This document shows positions 46,008 to 55,739 of a stretch of DNA of 64,000 bases, in pieces. The position numbers and the translations under genes are program-made. The notes below the pieces were generated by a model that had not been told where the DNA came from, did not search any database, and was given only the letters and a program-made list of their open reading frames with translations. Source of the stretch: a virus (Duplodnaviria; Caudoviricetes); the IMG/VR virus record IMGVR_UViG_3300027759_000043. The stretch is one strand, 5' to 3'. Numbering within the stretch: position 1 is the stretch's first letter; the number at the start of each line of letters is the position of its first letter.

Positions 46008-46244
46008 ATGAGATACTTAATACCGTTAGTTGTTGTGGTAGCAGGTTGTGCCAATGTGCGGCCACCTGTGGACGTGAGTCTTATTCCCAATGACTGTGCC
46101 AATCAATCCGCCATCATCAACTGGCTGGAAGAACAGAGCCGAATTTCCCCTTCAACCTTTTCAGACAAGGACCAATATGCAAGACATCGTGCCTCGATTC
46201 GCCAGCGTGTATGGAATATGCGTTACACTTGCAATCTTGTGTAG
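46008..46244 (+). CDS. Putative lipoprotein, 78 aa
   Basis: MRYLIPLVVVVAGC lipobox. Confidence 0.7.
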   Translation: MRYLIPLVVVVAGCANVRPPVDVSLIPNDCANQSAIINWLEEQSRISPSTFSDKDQYARHRASIRQRVWNMRYTCNLV

Positions 46245-46518
46245 TGCAGGTTGTTCAACTGTGCAACAAACGCCCATGGGCTTTCAAGACCTAGATCACT
46301 TCAAAGTCAATTGCAAGAAAAAAGCAGAACAAATTGCATTCTTACAAAGCATGAGACCCACACGAGATGAAAAATTACTTGCTGGGTTCAGTGTCATGTT
46401 GCAACCCTGGAACTATCTTGTGGAGCCTTATGAACACGACAGCAAACGAGCAGTATCAACAGGAAGATCAGAATGGGTAATAAATCAATTGTTAATGGAA
46501 CTTCGCGACAACTGCTGA
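46177..46518 (+). CDS. Putative lipoprotein
   Basis: VTLAILCSAGC lipobox; start inferred. Confidence 0.55.
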   Translation: MQDIVPRFASVYGICVTLAILCSAGCSTVQQTPMGFQDLDHFKVNCKKKAEQIAFLQSMRPTRDEKLLAGFSVMLQPWNYLVEPYEHDSKRAVSTGRSEWVINQLLMELRDNC

Positions 46519-47066
46519 TTGCAAGTTTGTTGGCACCTGTCATGGCCATGGCCCAACAGTGTGTGATGCAGACCAAAACAGTCACGCAAAGTCAAGTTCA
46601 AATTGAAGAGCGCAGTCAGATCACTGCACAGATTGTGCCGGTTCCCGGTGGCGATCAACGATGCATGATCTCCATGCGAGGTCGCGTGGGTGCCACATGG
46701 TACACTGGATTTGGTGACTTTGTGTTTGCACGAACAGGCGTTCCTGAACAGGCCTGTGCTTCGGCTCAGCAACGTGCTGAAGCCAGTATTGTGACACAAG
46801 CAGGTCCAAAACGAGTGGCAACTGATAACACTTTGATTTGTCGAGAAGACCCCACACTGGATACAATACGTAAAACGGATCCAGGTACAGTGGCCAAATT
46901 GGCACAGTACCGCCCACATCCGGATTACCCGCGAGAATTCCACTACAACGGATCACGGTGCCGTTGGTTTTTGGATCCTGCTTGGACCGGACGTGATCTG
47001 CGTACAGGACAGGGCATAATTTGTCACTTACAAGAAAACAATTGGGTTGTGGTTGACAAATTTTGA
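46473..47066 (+). CDS. Putative exported Cys-containing protein, 197 aa
   Basis: Signal-like LLIASLLAPVMAMAQ. Confidence 0.6.
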   Translation: MGNKSIVNGTSRQLLIASLLAPVMAMAQQCVMQTKTVTQSQVQIEERSQITAQIVPVPGGDQRCMISMRGRVGATWYTGFGDFVFARTGVPEQACASAQQRAEASIVTQAGPKRVATDNTLICREDPTLDTIRKTDPGTVAKLAQYRPHPDYPREFHYNGSRCRWFLDPAWTGRDLRTGQGIICHLQENNWVVVDKF

Positions 47067-47081
47067 CAGATCAGTTATACT
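47053..47081 (+). promoter_or_regulatory. Sigma70-type promoter
   Basis: TTGACA-N17-TATACT. Confidence 0.75.
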
Positions 47082-47112
47082 ACAAACATCGTTAATCACC
47101 AAAGAGGTAGAT

Positions 47113-47862
47113 ATGAAACTTTCAGTAATCGCTTTAGCACTTGTTGCAGTCATGGGGACAGCACAAGCACAAACACAACCGCATCCTTATGCAATGAATC
47201 AAGCACCGGTCTCGGCACCGCCTAGTGCTCCTGCATGGTTCACAAGACTGCCCGAAGACACCGCGGACATGATCTTTTCGGCCGCAGTGGGTTCTAGCGT
47301 GGACGAGCAGATGGCCTATGACAAGGCACGTATGCAAGCCGAACGTAAGTTGGTAGAACTCATGAGTTCTAGAGTTCGCTCAAATGTAAAAAGTTACCGC
47401 AATGACCGTGGTGATTCAATGCAAGAAAGCACAGAAGTCACAATCAACAAAACAGCCGATGGCGAGTTGATTGGCGCACAACGTGTGGACAGTCAGGCCA
47501 CATTTGATGGTCGTGTGTATCGTGTTTATGTATTGCTACGTTACCCACTGGCACAGAACAACACCTTGCGTAAAGAGCGTGAAGGTGCGCAGGGCAAGCG
47601 TGAAGCAGACTTGAGAGCCGCAAGGGCACAGCAAGACCTTGAGCGTGAGACTCAACGTCAACGTTCGGAAGCAGAGGCCGCAGATCGTAGATTGAAAGAG
47701 GAAATCGGACCACGCTCTGATGCTCCAGCACCGGCCTCAACAGTCAACACCACTGAAGGTCCTGTGAAGTTACTGGATGTGGACAATGCTGAGTACCGGC
47801 AAAAACGCACAGAAGCACTGGCCAAACCCGGCGCAGTGATTGGACAAACAGTCGTCAGATAA
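47113..47862 (+). CDS. Exported protein with an LPP20-like domain
   Basis: GAGG RBS; signal peptide MKLSVIALALVAVMGTAQA; PAWF...AVG.S.D.QMA.DKA. Confidence 0.55.
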   Translation: MKLSVIALALVAVMGTAQAQTQPHPYAMNQAPVSAPPSAPAWFTRLPEDTADMIFSAAVGSSVDEQMAYDKARMQAERKLVELMSSRVRSNVKSYRNDRGDSMQESTEVTINKTADGELIGAQRVDSQATFDGRVYRVYVLLRYPLAQNNTLRKEREGAQGKREADLRAARAQQDLERETQRQRSEAEAADRRLKEEIGPRSDAPAPASTVNTTEGPVKLLDVDNAEYRQKRTEALAKPGAVIGQTVVR

Positions 47863-47877
47863 TAACCTATAAATAAC

Positions 47878-47905
47878 AGCGGTCTTCGGACCGCTTTCTT
47901 TCTTT
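47878..47905 (+). terminator. Rho-independent terminator
   Basis: AGCGGTC-TTCG-GACCGCT plus a T-rich tail. Confidence 0.8.
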
Positions 47906-48490
47906 ATGACCATGCCCACACAAGAAACTATTCAAACGGAACAAAATCATTCACAGTCCCTGGCCGACAATGGCATGTATGTTTTCATGGGTGACGTGGA
48001 TGACGAAAACATCAAGCCAGTAGTGGAATGGGTTTTGTACGAAAACTATGTGACCAAGAAAAAGAAAAAGGAACTGTTACTAATGATCTGCTCCGGTGGA
48101 GGAGACATGGGCGCGGCCTTTGCCCTGATTGACGTCATGATGAGTTCGCAGATTCCAATTAAAACTGTGGGTCTTGGTACTATTGCATCAGCAGGCTTGC
48201 TGATCTTTATATCCGGCACTCATGGACGCAGAATACTCACACCCAACACCAGTATTCTAAGTCATCAGTTTTCGTGGTACAATGAAGGCAAAGTGCATGA
48301 GTTGTTTGCCACAATGAAAGAGTTTGAACTCACACAGGCTCGAATGTTGGCACACTATGAATTGTGTACTGGTCTGGGTAGAGAAGAGATACGCACGAAC
48401 CTGTTGCCAGCACAGGATGTTTGGCTGAGTGCATCGGAAGCCCTGGCTCTGGGCGTGTGCGATGATATCAGCGTTTTAAATAGGTCTTAA
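47906..48490 (+). CDS. Divergent ClpP-family serine protease
   Basis: ICSGGG, IASAG (catalytic Ser), R..TPN...SHQ (His), QDVWL, ALALG.CD. Confidence 0.8.
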   Translation: MTMPTQETIQTEQNHSQSLADNGMYVFMGDVDDENIKPVVEWVLYENYVTKKKKKELLLMICSGGGDMGAAFALIDVMMSSQIPIKTVGLGTIASAGLLIFISGTHGRRILTPNTSILSHQFSWYNEGKVHELFATMKEFELTQARMLAHYELCTGLGREEIRTNLLPAQDVWLSASEALALGVCDDISVLNRS

Positions 48491-48663
48491 CCGCCACGTG
48501 CGCTTCGGCGTGTGACATTGGCACCACCGAAGCCTTTGGTGTTTGCTTTGGGACCTTGCTTTTTAGGTGCCTTGCCCAGGCCAGGATGCAGTTCCTGGTT
48601 TTTCTTTTTGGCATCGTTGGCCATGTTGATAAATGGATTGGAACTTTTCTTTGGTTCTGTCAT
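48487..48663 (-). CDS. Small basic protein, 58 aa (not in ORF track)
   Basis: AAGGAG RBS; MTEPKKSSNPFINMANDAKKK...TRRSARGG*. Confidence 0.65.
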   Translation of the reverse strand: MTEPKKSSNPFINMANDAKKKNQELHPGLGKAPKKQGPKANTKGFGGANVTRRSARGG

Positions 48664-48672
48664 AACAACTCC

Positions 48673-50292
48673 TTAGCGTTTTCTTACATTTCGACCCAGC
48701 ACATCCTTGGTCATTCGCGGTGCTTGAGTTTGTCTGGCTGCCTTGGCGCCAGGACCAGTCAAGCGTTTTTTGTCAGTTTCTGCATCCAAGGTGTCGGCAC
48801 TGACTCCAGGTCCCATATAGTCCACAAGTTCCCCGGCGTTGTTATCACCAGGTGCGTCGGTAGTGGCAGTCTTTTCAACGTTGTCTATAGCCCGGGGTTC
48901 TTTGTTGATATTGAATACTAGTTTGCCGCCCGAACTGGCAGTTGAACTGTAACTCTTTTGTGCTTCTAGTGTGACTTGAGTAAACAACTTGCTGGGCCAT
49001 ATGGTTCTAAATCCTTGGATAACAAATTCGCCATCTTTGGTCTTGGAAGCATCGGTGTACATTTGCACAAAGGCCGAGTGGTTAAGGATGTCAGCGGCTG
49101 CCTCAGAGAAGTTGGTTTTCAAGTTGATTTCATTACAAACTTTATACGCAATAGAACTCACCAAGTGATTGAGAGGAACTATCTTGCTGGGATCTTCTGC
49201 ATTGCGATCTTGATACAGTTGTTTGAGATTTTTTGATAACTTGGTTTTTTTGATGTCAAAGTCAGGATCGCCAGCCGATTGTTTGAGACTCATCACTTGA
49301 GATATTTCATCCGGAGTAATAATTTCCAACTGCACAGCCAAGTTTAACGGACCAGAGTTGTGGTCGCCTCGGTCAATTGTGTTAAGGATCTCAACAACTT
49401 CGGGATAATTCTGAGCAAACTCGGGCATGCCAGCGGCTTCAAGTTCACGTAAAGCAACCAACAAGTTCACACTACTGGCCATGGCACCTTTGGCACCCTT
49501 GCTTGACAGTTTGATTTGCTTGCCTTCGGGACTGACCAACAATGAGTCGTATAACTCGCCACTCACATTGGTATTAAAACTAACGGTACAATCTGCAAAC
49601 CCGTTTTGGCCCATGAACAATGCGGCTGCCTCGCCGGCATTGCCTTGAACCTCACCTCCGTTGATTAACACACAGGGCTGGAGCATTTCACAAAAGTAAT
49701 CACGGAAACCTTTGAAGTCCATGCCTTCACCATCTACTGCTACAGGGAATGTGGGCGAGTTCATGATGGTTGCGGCGGCCCGATATTCAGGACTTTCTGT
49801 AGTGAACTTTGCACCAATCTGTGCCAAGATACTCTTGGGGGTTTGTTTCTTGAAATTGGTCAGCACATCGCTGGGTTTGTAACCGGCTTTTTCTTTGCTA
49901 CCGCGAGCATCAGTTTGGCCAAAGCCACCAGGTATGTCTTTGGTCTGGAAAAATGTATTCTGTGTTCTTACAGGTTTGATATCTCGAGTGAACTTTGCTA
50001 GATATCTAGTGCCCACGGCGGTGTCAAATGCCGCGATACCAAATGCTCTCATGCTGGCATTGGGCTGATTGACTTTTTCAATTGGATGACCAGCGGCTTT
50101 TTCCACATCCATCCAAGCATCCATAAAATCATGTGCATTTGCGTAACTGCCAACTTCGGGGTAAAATGTCAAGGATTTAAACACAATTTTATCATCAACT
50201 GTTTCTCCCCGGGAATATATTTCACCGGGTTTACGGGCACTGAGTCCACGGCTTTCCACAATTGAATCTAATAGGTTGATTAAATCTCTCAT
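48673..50292 (-). CDS. Hypothetical protein, 539 aa, possible virion-packaged nuclease-like protein
   Basis: N-terminus MRDLINLLDSIVE; LYDSLL...IKLSSKG resembles a PD-(D/E)XK-like core. Confidence 0.5.
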   Translation of the reverse strand: MRDLINLLDSIVESRGLSARKPGEIYSRGETVDDKIVFKSLTFYPEVGSYANAHDFMDAWMDVEKAAGHPIEKVNQPNASMRAFGIAAFDTAVGTRYLAKFTRDIKPVRTQNTFFQTKDIPGGFGQTDARGSKEKAGYKPSDVLTNFKKQTPKSILAQIGAKFTTESPEYRAAATIMNSPTFPVAVDGEGMDFKGFRDYFCEMLQPCVLINGGEVQGNAGEAAALFMGQNGFADCTVSFNTNVSGELYDSLLVSPEGKQIKLSSKGAKGAMASSVNLLVALRELEAAGMPEFAQNYPEVVEILNTIDRGDHNSGPLNLAVQLEIITPDEISQVMSLKQSAGDPDFDIKKTKLSKNLKQLYQDRNAEDPSKIVPLNHLVSSIAYKVCNEINLKTNFSEAAADILNHSAFVQMYTDASKTKDGEFVIQGFRTIWPSKLFTQVTLEAQKSYSSTASSGGKLVFNINKEPRAIDNVEKTATTDAPGDNNAGELVDYMGPGVSADTLDAETDKKRLTGPGAKAARQTQAPRMTKDVLGRNVRKR

Positions 50293-50324
50293 GCATTACT
50301 TATCTCTGCAATAAGTAAACCACA

Positions 50325-51332
50325 ATGAATGTCACAATACCCATAGAAGTCAGCGGCGATATATGGTACAACGAAATAGAAGTACGACAACAGTTAAGAG
50401 AATTGCCCAGCGACGCCAAAATCACATTAGATTTATGCAGTGAAGGGCCCAGTCTACATCGCCTGGGCATAATGTCTGTAGTAGATGATTGGTTGACCCA
50501 ACACAACTTGCCGCCCAATGCTGTTACAATCACACGATGGAGCAACGGCGGAGAATCTGTTGGTTATAAAAAATCCAGATGTAGTTATCCTAGTCATTTT
50601 TGGCATTATGCAAGAAACTATCAACTGCCACCTGAACAAAATTTCAGCGGAGTAAAGGAATATTTGTTTGGCTTGTTTTTGGGACGAGCCACAGTTCATC
50701 GTAATGTAATTTTATATCAAGTTCAACAACAATGGACCAATCAATTTTTGATCAGTCGACTCACCGCACTTACTCCTGAAGGTACTCCAGTGCCTGAGCC
50801 CTGGAACATACGTAACTTTAAAGGCTGGCGCTTGCTAGAGACACTAGCAGATTGGGCACCAGACAATCAGCAGAATATTATTGATTGGTTTGCCACACAA
50901 AAATTCTTAAGCCTGGATGGTAGAACTGTTCGAGATCAATATGGGGATCCGGGCAATCATTTGGTACATAACCGAAGTATGTTAGAACATTATCATAAGT
51001 TTAATATAGAACTTGTGTGTGAAAGTTATACTCTAGGACAGACATTTTTCCCCACAGAAAAAACAGCAAGGCCTATTGCAGGAACACGGCCTTGGATCAT
51101 CTACGCCGCACCAGGATATATTCAACAATTGAAACGCATGGGCTTTTGCAGTTTTGATTCTATATGGGATGAATCTTACGATCAATTGGAAGGGCCTGCT
51201 AGATGGACAGCAATGAAAACAGTTATTCAGCAACTGATTGAGTTGGATAACAACGCACTAAATTCAGTATTAGAACAAGCACATGCAATTGCTTTGCAAA
51301 ATCGTCTGCATTTTGAAGTTTTATTCCCATGA
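50325..51332 (+). CDS. Glycosyltransferase-like protein of the repeated family
   Basis: ELVCES...FPTEKTARPI..RPWII...GF.SF..IWDESYD. Confidence 0.55.
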   Translation: MNVTIPIEVSGDIWYNEIEVRQQLRELPSDAKITLDLCSEGPSLHRLGIMSVVDDWLTQHNLPPNAVTITRWSNGGESVGYKKSRCSYPSHFWHYARNYQLPPEQNFSGVKEYLFGLFLGRATVHRNVILYQVQQQWTNQFLISRLTALTPEGTPVPEPWNIRNFKGWRLLETLADWAPDNQQNIIDWFATQKFLSLDGRTVRDQYGDPGNHLVHNRSMLEHYHKFNIELVCESYTLGQTFFPTEKTARPIAGTRPWIIYAAPGYIQQLKRMGFCSFDSIWDESYDQLEGPARWTAMKTVIQQLIELDNNALNSVLEQAHAIALQNRLHFEVLFP

Positions 51333-52318
51333 TAATCAAAACATTTGATCAAGGATGGGGACAACAATATCCTCTCAAACAATATGAACAAGAGATTGTT
51401 GCCAGTCTCATAATACCATTTGCAGAGAGCAGCCAACGAATAGTTATGATCAACAGCGTTTGGTACACTAACGAAATGCACGAACAAGTAATCTCCTGGT
51501 TACGCAATAACACCTGGGATCAAATAGTACTTGTGGCTATGTTGGATGCCGCTATTCCCTATCCTGATCGATACGCAGAGTTTGGCCGACCGGTAACAGG
51601 TATTGGTTACTACCCAGGGGCAGGACAAGTGGACTTTTGTGCTTTGTTTGTTGATCATTTTTTACACGCACCTGATCAACCACTACTGCTAGAGGCTGGC
51701 ACAATTGACACAGCCTACATGTGCTTGAATCGAAAACCGCACTGGCACAGAAGACGACTGTTCAATAGACTGGATACCTTGGGAATTGTGAGCAAGGGTA
51801 TTGTGAGCATGGGTGGCGAGGGTCAGGCTGTGGTGACTTTAATACAGGATAGAGAACATGATACTCTTGCACCCAATGCCACACGAAATCACTATGGTGT
51901 TCCCAACGACATTGTGAGTCTTGGACATCTAGGAAACTGGCGCAGACATTTGGTCAACGTGGTTACTGAAACGTTTTATGATATTAATCAAACCGGTTTT
52001 GTGAGTGAAAAAATCTACAAACCCATTGTGGGTTGCAGACCTTTTTTGATTTATGATCCTGATGGCGGCACACGTTGGTTACATGATCGTGGATTTGAAA
52101 CCTACACACAGGACTTTCAAGATATTTCAGATCTGGATCTTGCAGAACCACATAACCTTCCTGAATTTCTAAAGGTACTATGTGGGCAAACTCCTGCATA
52201 CTGGCAAAAGAAATTTGTTGACTTACAGGAAAAAATCCTATACAATAAGGATCATTTTGCTGATTATGTTAGTCAGCAACAATCTATAGTTAAACAAGGA
52301 ATATCATGCCCCATTTAG
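51329..52318 (+). CDS. Glycosyltransferase-like protein of the repeated family
   Basis: [12 protein letters not shown]; NVVTET...[19 protein letters not shown]...GFETY. Confidence 0.55.
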   Translation: MIIKTFDQGWGQQYPLKQYEQEIVASLIIPFAESSQRIVMINSVWYTNEMHEQVISWLRNNTWDQIVLVAMLDAAIPYPDRYAEFGRPVTGIGYYPGAGQVDFCALFVDHFLHAPDQPLLLEAGTIDTAYMCLNRKPHWHRRRLFNRLDTLGIVSKGIVSMGGEGQAVVTLIQDREHDTLAPNATRNHYGVPNDIVSLGHLGNWRRHLVNVVTETFYDINQTGFVSEKIYKPIVGCRPFLIYDPDGGTRWLHDRGFETYTQDFQDISDLDLAEPHNLPEFLKVLCGQTPAYWQKKFVDLQEKILYNKDHFADYVSQQQSIVKQGISCPI

Positions 52319-52899
52319 TACCTATTGTGCTTGAACAAACCGCCAAAGGCGAACGCAGTTATGACATCTACAGTCGCCTGTTAAAAGACCGTGTGATCAT
52401 GCTGGACACAGAAGTTAGTGAACACACGGCCAGTTTGTTGGTAGCACAGATGTTGTTCTTGGAATCAGAAAATCCTGACAAAGATATCTCCCTGTACATT
52501 AACTCACCAGGCGGAAGTGTCACAGCAGGCATGGCAATTTATGACACCATGCAGTTTATCCGGTGTGATGTGCAGACCATTGTGATGGGGCAAGCCTGCT
52601 CCATGGGATCACTATTGGCCATGGCCGGTGCCGCAGGCAAGCGCATGATCCTGCCCAATGCTCGACACATGATTCATCAACCCTCGGGTGGCGCACATGG
52701 ACAAGCCACAGACATTCAAATTCAAGCAAGAGAAATCCAAAAAATGAAAGAGTATCTAACTAACATCTATGTCCGGCACAATACCGCAGGAAAAAGTTAC
52801 CAAGAACTAAGCGCAGATATGGAACGTGATTTCTTTATGTCAGCACAAGAGGCTGTGGACTATGGCCTAGCCGACAAGATCATTAACAAAAGGATATAA
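52306..52899 (+). CDS. clpP: ATP-dependent Clp protease proteolytic subunit
   Basis: [49 protein letters not shown]. Confidence 0.96.
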   Translation: MPHLVPIVLEQTAKGERSYDIYSRLLKDRVIMLDTEVSEHTASLLVAQMLFLESENPDKDISLYINSPGGSVTAGMAIYDTMQFIRCDVQTIVMGQACSMGSLLAMAGAAGKRMILPNARHMIHQPSGGAHGQATDIQIQAREIQKMKEYLTNIYVRHNTAGKSYQELSADMERDFFMSAQEAVDYGLADKIINKRI

Positions 52900-52901
52900 T
52901 A

Positions 52902-54017
52902 TTGTTCTTTACTCTATCTCTTGATAAAGATTTAAGATTACCTAATCACGCAATCATTGGCAATTGGTGTTTCAGTTACGATGATGGGTGGGCTAAAACA
53001 AGCAATGGATGGTTTAAAGGTTACAACCAACCCAAAATTAATCATGGCAACTATGTTGAGATCGTAAAAGATAAATCAGATATCAGTATTGTTCATGACC
53101 AGTATCGCTCTTTTCCACTGTGGTGGAATGAATCCACTGTTACACTTACAAATTTACTAGGCAATGGAAAAGTTATATGCGCTGATGACCTGGTGATGTT
53201 GACTCCTGATCACAACATCAAATATGCCAAACAAGATGTCATTGGTGCAATTTCTGAAAATACTATATCTTTAGATCAAGCAGTAGAAAAAATAGAACAA
53301 AATCTTTTAAGTAAAACAATAGATTTAGCCATAAGTTATAGTTCTTTACCAAAAAAATTGTTTGTGTCGGGTGGTGTAGATACCTTGCTGTTGTATGCGT
53401 TGATCAAACAACAAGATTTGCCGGTTGATGTAATTAACTATGAACACATAGAATATGATTGGTTTTTAAACAATAATTTCAAAGAAATTAAATCCCAACA
53501 TTGGACCTACAATCAAATACATCATTGGAAAGACAAGACCATGCTGATAACAGGTTCTTGCGGCGATGAATATTTATTTCGAGGTCCAAACACAATTGCA
53601 TTATGGGCGGCCTGGCACGACATTGACATTGAAAAATACATCAAGAAACACAATTATTATCATACAAATTATTTTTTAAAAGAAAAAAATATCAGTGTGT
53701 TTCAAAAGTTTTACAAAAATAAAAAACAAATACAAGAACAGTTTGTTACAAAGGTTGATCTAGTGCAACAAATACTTGATATTCTCGTCAATGACCATCA
53801 ACACTGGCACATCGGTAATACTCTTACCTGGACTCCGTTTAAAGATTTGGAACTAATTAAAATTGTTTTGCAACTGTCAGTTGATGACTTAATGAAACAA
53901 ATATTAGATGCCAAAATCAATAAAATGATAATGGAAAGGTTGTACCCCCAAAGTTTAATTTATCTTAGCAATTCAAAAAATCATAAACCAAGAGAAAATT
54001 TGCATCTGTTAAAATAA
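52902..54017 (+). CDS. Asparagine-synthase-like (PP-loop) protein, AT-rich
   Basis: LFVSGGVDTL, ITGSCGDEYLF, TPFKD. Confidence 0.6.
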   Translation: MFFTLSLDKDLRLPNHAIIGNWCFSYDDGWAKTSNGWFKGYNQPKINHGNYVEIVKDKSDISIVHDQYRSFPLWWNESTVTLTNLLGNGKVICADDLVMLTPDHNIKYAKQDVIGAISENTISLDQAVEKIEQNLLSKTIDLAISYSSLPKKLFVSGGVDTLLLYALIKQQDLPVDVINYEHIEYDWFLNNNFKEIKSQHWTYNQIHHWKDKTMLITGSCGDEYLFRGPNTIALWAAWHDIDIEKYIKKHNYYHTNYFLKEKNISVFQKFYKNKKQIQEQFVTKVDLVQQILDILVNDHQHWHIGNTLTWTPFKDLELIKIVLQLSVDDLMKQILDAKINKMIMERLYPQSLIYLSNSKNHKPRENLHLLK

Positions 54018-54018
54018 G

Positions 54019-54081
54019 TTAAGGATGTACTTCCCAGCCTTCACGTGCCCAACGAAACAATGTTACGAGAGCGTCGATCAT
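54019..54081 (-). CDS. Micro-ORF, 20 aa
   Basis: MIDALVTLFRWAREGWEVHP*; ATG 2 nt from the previous stop. Confidence 0.45.
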   Translation of the reverse strand: MIDALVTLFRWAREGWEVHP

Positions 54082-54082
54082 G

Positions 54083-54178
54083 TTAGTACATTCCGTGGCC
54101 GCGACGCTTGGACATCTGGTAGCGATGCTCGCCTACAACTTCAAGAAAATACCAAATTGCGTTTAGAACTTTTTTCAT
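54083..54178 (-). CDS. Micro-ORF, 31 aa
   Basis: MKKVLNAIWYFLEVVGEHRYQMSKRRGHGMY*; ATGA overlap. Confidence 0.5.
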   Translation of the reverse strand: MKKVLNAIWYFLEVVGEHRYQMSKRRGHGMY

Positions 54179-54345
54179 ACAAAATTTCTTTCATGATTTT
54201 TATCGTACTGGCGTGACCAGTACTCTACGTCTGATGCACTGGTTATGCATTTGGTGCTTAAATACTGTTCCAAGCGAGATTGGTAATTTTGCTTGGGGAA
54301 CATCTCAGCAAGACGTTCTACTAATTGAATAAACATTTGTGACAT
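54175..54345 (-). CDS. Small protein, 56 aa (possibly DUF3563-like)
   Basis: GTAAATA plus AAGGAG; MSQMFIQLVERLAEMFPKQNYQSRLEQYLSTK...DVEYWSRQY. Confidence 0.65.
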   Translation of the reverse strand: MSQMFIQLVERLAEMFPKQNYQSRLEQYLSTKCITSASDVEYWSRQYDKNHERNFV

Positions 54346-54407
54346 TTATTTTTCTCCTTCTCAGTATTTACCACAAGTGACTAGTGGTTTCTACTAATAT
54401 AATCAAG

Positions 54408-54427
54408 ATTAGTACTCAAGTACTAAT
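54408..54427. promoter_or_regulatory. Palindromic operator-like site, copy 3
   Basis: ATTAGTAC-TCAA-GTACTAAT, perfect arms. Confidence 0.55.
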
Positions 54428-54435
54428 TTTGGGGT

Positions 54436-54464
54436 TTGACCAAAAAATTCTGATCTGTTAAAAT
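54436..54464 (+). promoter_or_regulatory. Sigma70-type promoter
   Basis: TTGACC-N17-TAAAAT. Confidence 0.75.
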
Positions 54465-54495
54465 GCAGTACAAGATTAAACTTTTGGAGAAAATT

Positions 54496-55686
54496 TTGTC
54501 TAAATTTTGGTGTTTATTAATTTGCCTAGCACTTGCGGCCTGCGGCGGAGGTGGAGGAGGGGGCAGTAGCGATTCTTCTAGTACTCCAGCCACCGGTAAT
54601 TCGGTTAATTTTGTTCGTACAGTAACACCTAACGACAATGTGGTCAAGAATTTAGCAGTAGGTGACCTAAACGGTGATGGTTTAGATGATGTGGTCATTG
54701 GCGGCTGGAACGGCACAGGTACTGCTTATCTTTATGTACTAATACAAAATGCCAATGGCACACTAACAGACAAAACTTTGCAACTGTTGAGCAACAATGT
54801 CTATGGGGGTAGTCAGCACATATTCATTGAAGATTTTGATAATGATGGCTACAAAGATATTTTCCTCCCAGGGTTTGATGACTGTTCAAGTTGTCTAACC
54901 AAAAGCATAGTATACTGGGGTTCAGCCGCGGGCACATTTACCAAACAAACATTACCCGATCAGATATCTGCACACGGAGCCTGCGTGGCCGACGTTAACA
55001 ACGACGGCACCTTGGATGTGTTAGTGTCAGGATATCAAACTGGTGGACTCTATGTAAATCAAGGTTCTAGATCTTTTGTGCTCAACAAGACGTTGTTGGT
55101 CAATAACGCATTTAGCACCTGTAGTGTGATCCGCGACGGCACCAGTGGAAATATTGCTGTGCTACTGGGCAACAATAACCAAGTGTTAGGCCATCCTTCC
55201 AATATCAATGTATACGATAGCAATCTAAATCTGCTAAGTCAACAAGGGGTGTCTGGGCAAGATGCCACGGCTTTTGATCTTGTGATGAGTACCACAGCAG
55301 ATGTCAATGGCGATGGCTACAAAGATTTAATATTGGTATTTAATCCATTGGCACCAAGTTCTCCGGGGAGGAAGGAAATATGGTTGAATTCAGGCAACAA
55401 TACTTGGAGTTACAGCACAACAGTTGATTCGATTTATCACAATCAATATGACATAACATACGTGGCCAATGGATCCAATTACTTGTATTATTTTTCCGGC
55501 GCCTGGAATGGGTCCGGTTTGTATCGCTTGGTCAACGGTGCGTTTGAAACATACAAACATACCAGTTTTACATCAATGCTCAACAGTATTGGTGCCAGCA
55601 TTGATATTGGCACCATTTACCAGGGCAACGGAACAGTTTACATGATGCAGATGGTTGGCGGATCCATATATACACGAGCACTTTGA
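54496..55686 (+). CDS. FG-GAP/VCBS-repeat lipoprotein
   Basis: GGAG plus TTG; lipobox LAAC, Gly/Ser linker; [37 protein letters not shown]. Confidence 0.85.
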   Translation: MSKFWCLLICLALAACGGGGGGGSSDSSSTPATGNSVNFVRTVTPNDNVVKNLAVGDLNGDGLDDVVIGGWNGTGTAYLYVLIQNANGTLTDKTLQLLSNNVYGGSQHIFIEDFDNDGYKDIFLPGFDDCSSCLTKSIVYWGSAAGTFTKQTLPDQISAHGACVADVNNDGTLDVLVSGYQTGGLYVNQGSRSFVLNKTLLVNNAFSTCSVIRDGTSGNIAVLLGNNNQVLGHPSNINVYDSNLNLLSQQGVSGQDATAFDLVMSTTADVNGDGYKDLILVFNPLAPSSPGRKEIWLNSGNNTWSYSTTVDSIYHNQYDITYVANGSNYLYYFSGAWNGSGLYRLVNGAFETYKHTSFTSMLNSIGASIDIGTIYQGNGTVYMMQMVGGSIYTRAL

Positions 55687-55711
55687 CTGTGACACAAACA
55701 TGTGTTATAAT
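55683..55711 (+). promoter_or_regulatory. Sigma70-type promoter
   Basis: TTGACT-N17-TATAAT. Confidence 0.75.
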
Positions 55712-55739
55712 GCACTATCGGTTTAACAAAGGAATTGAC

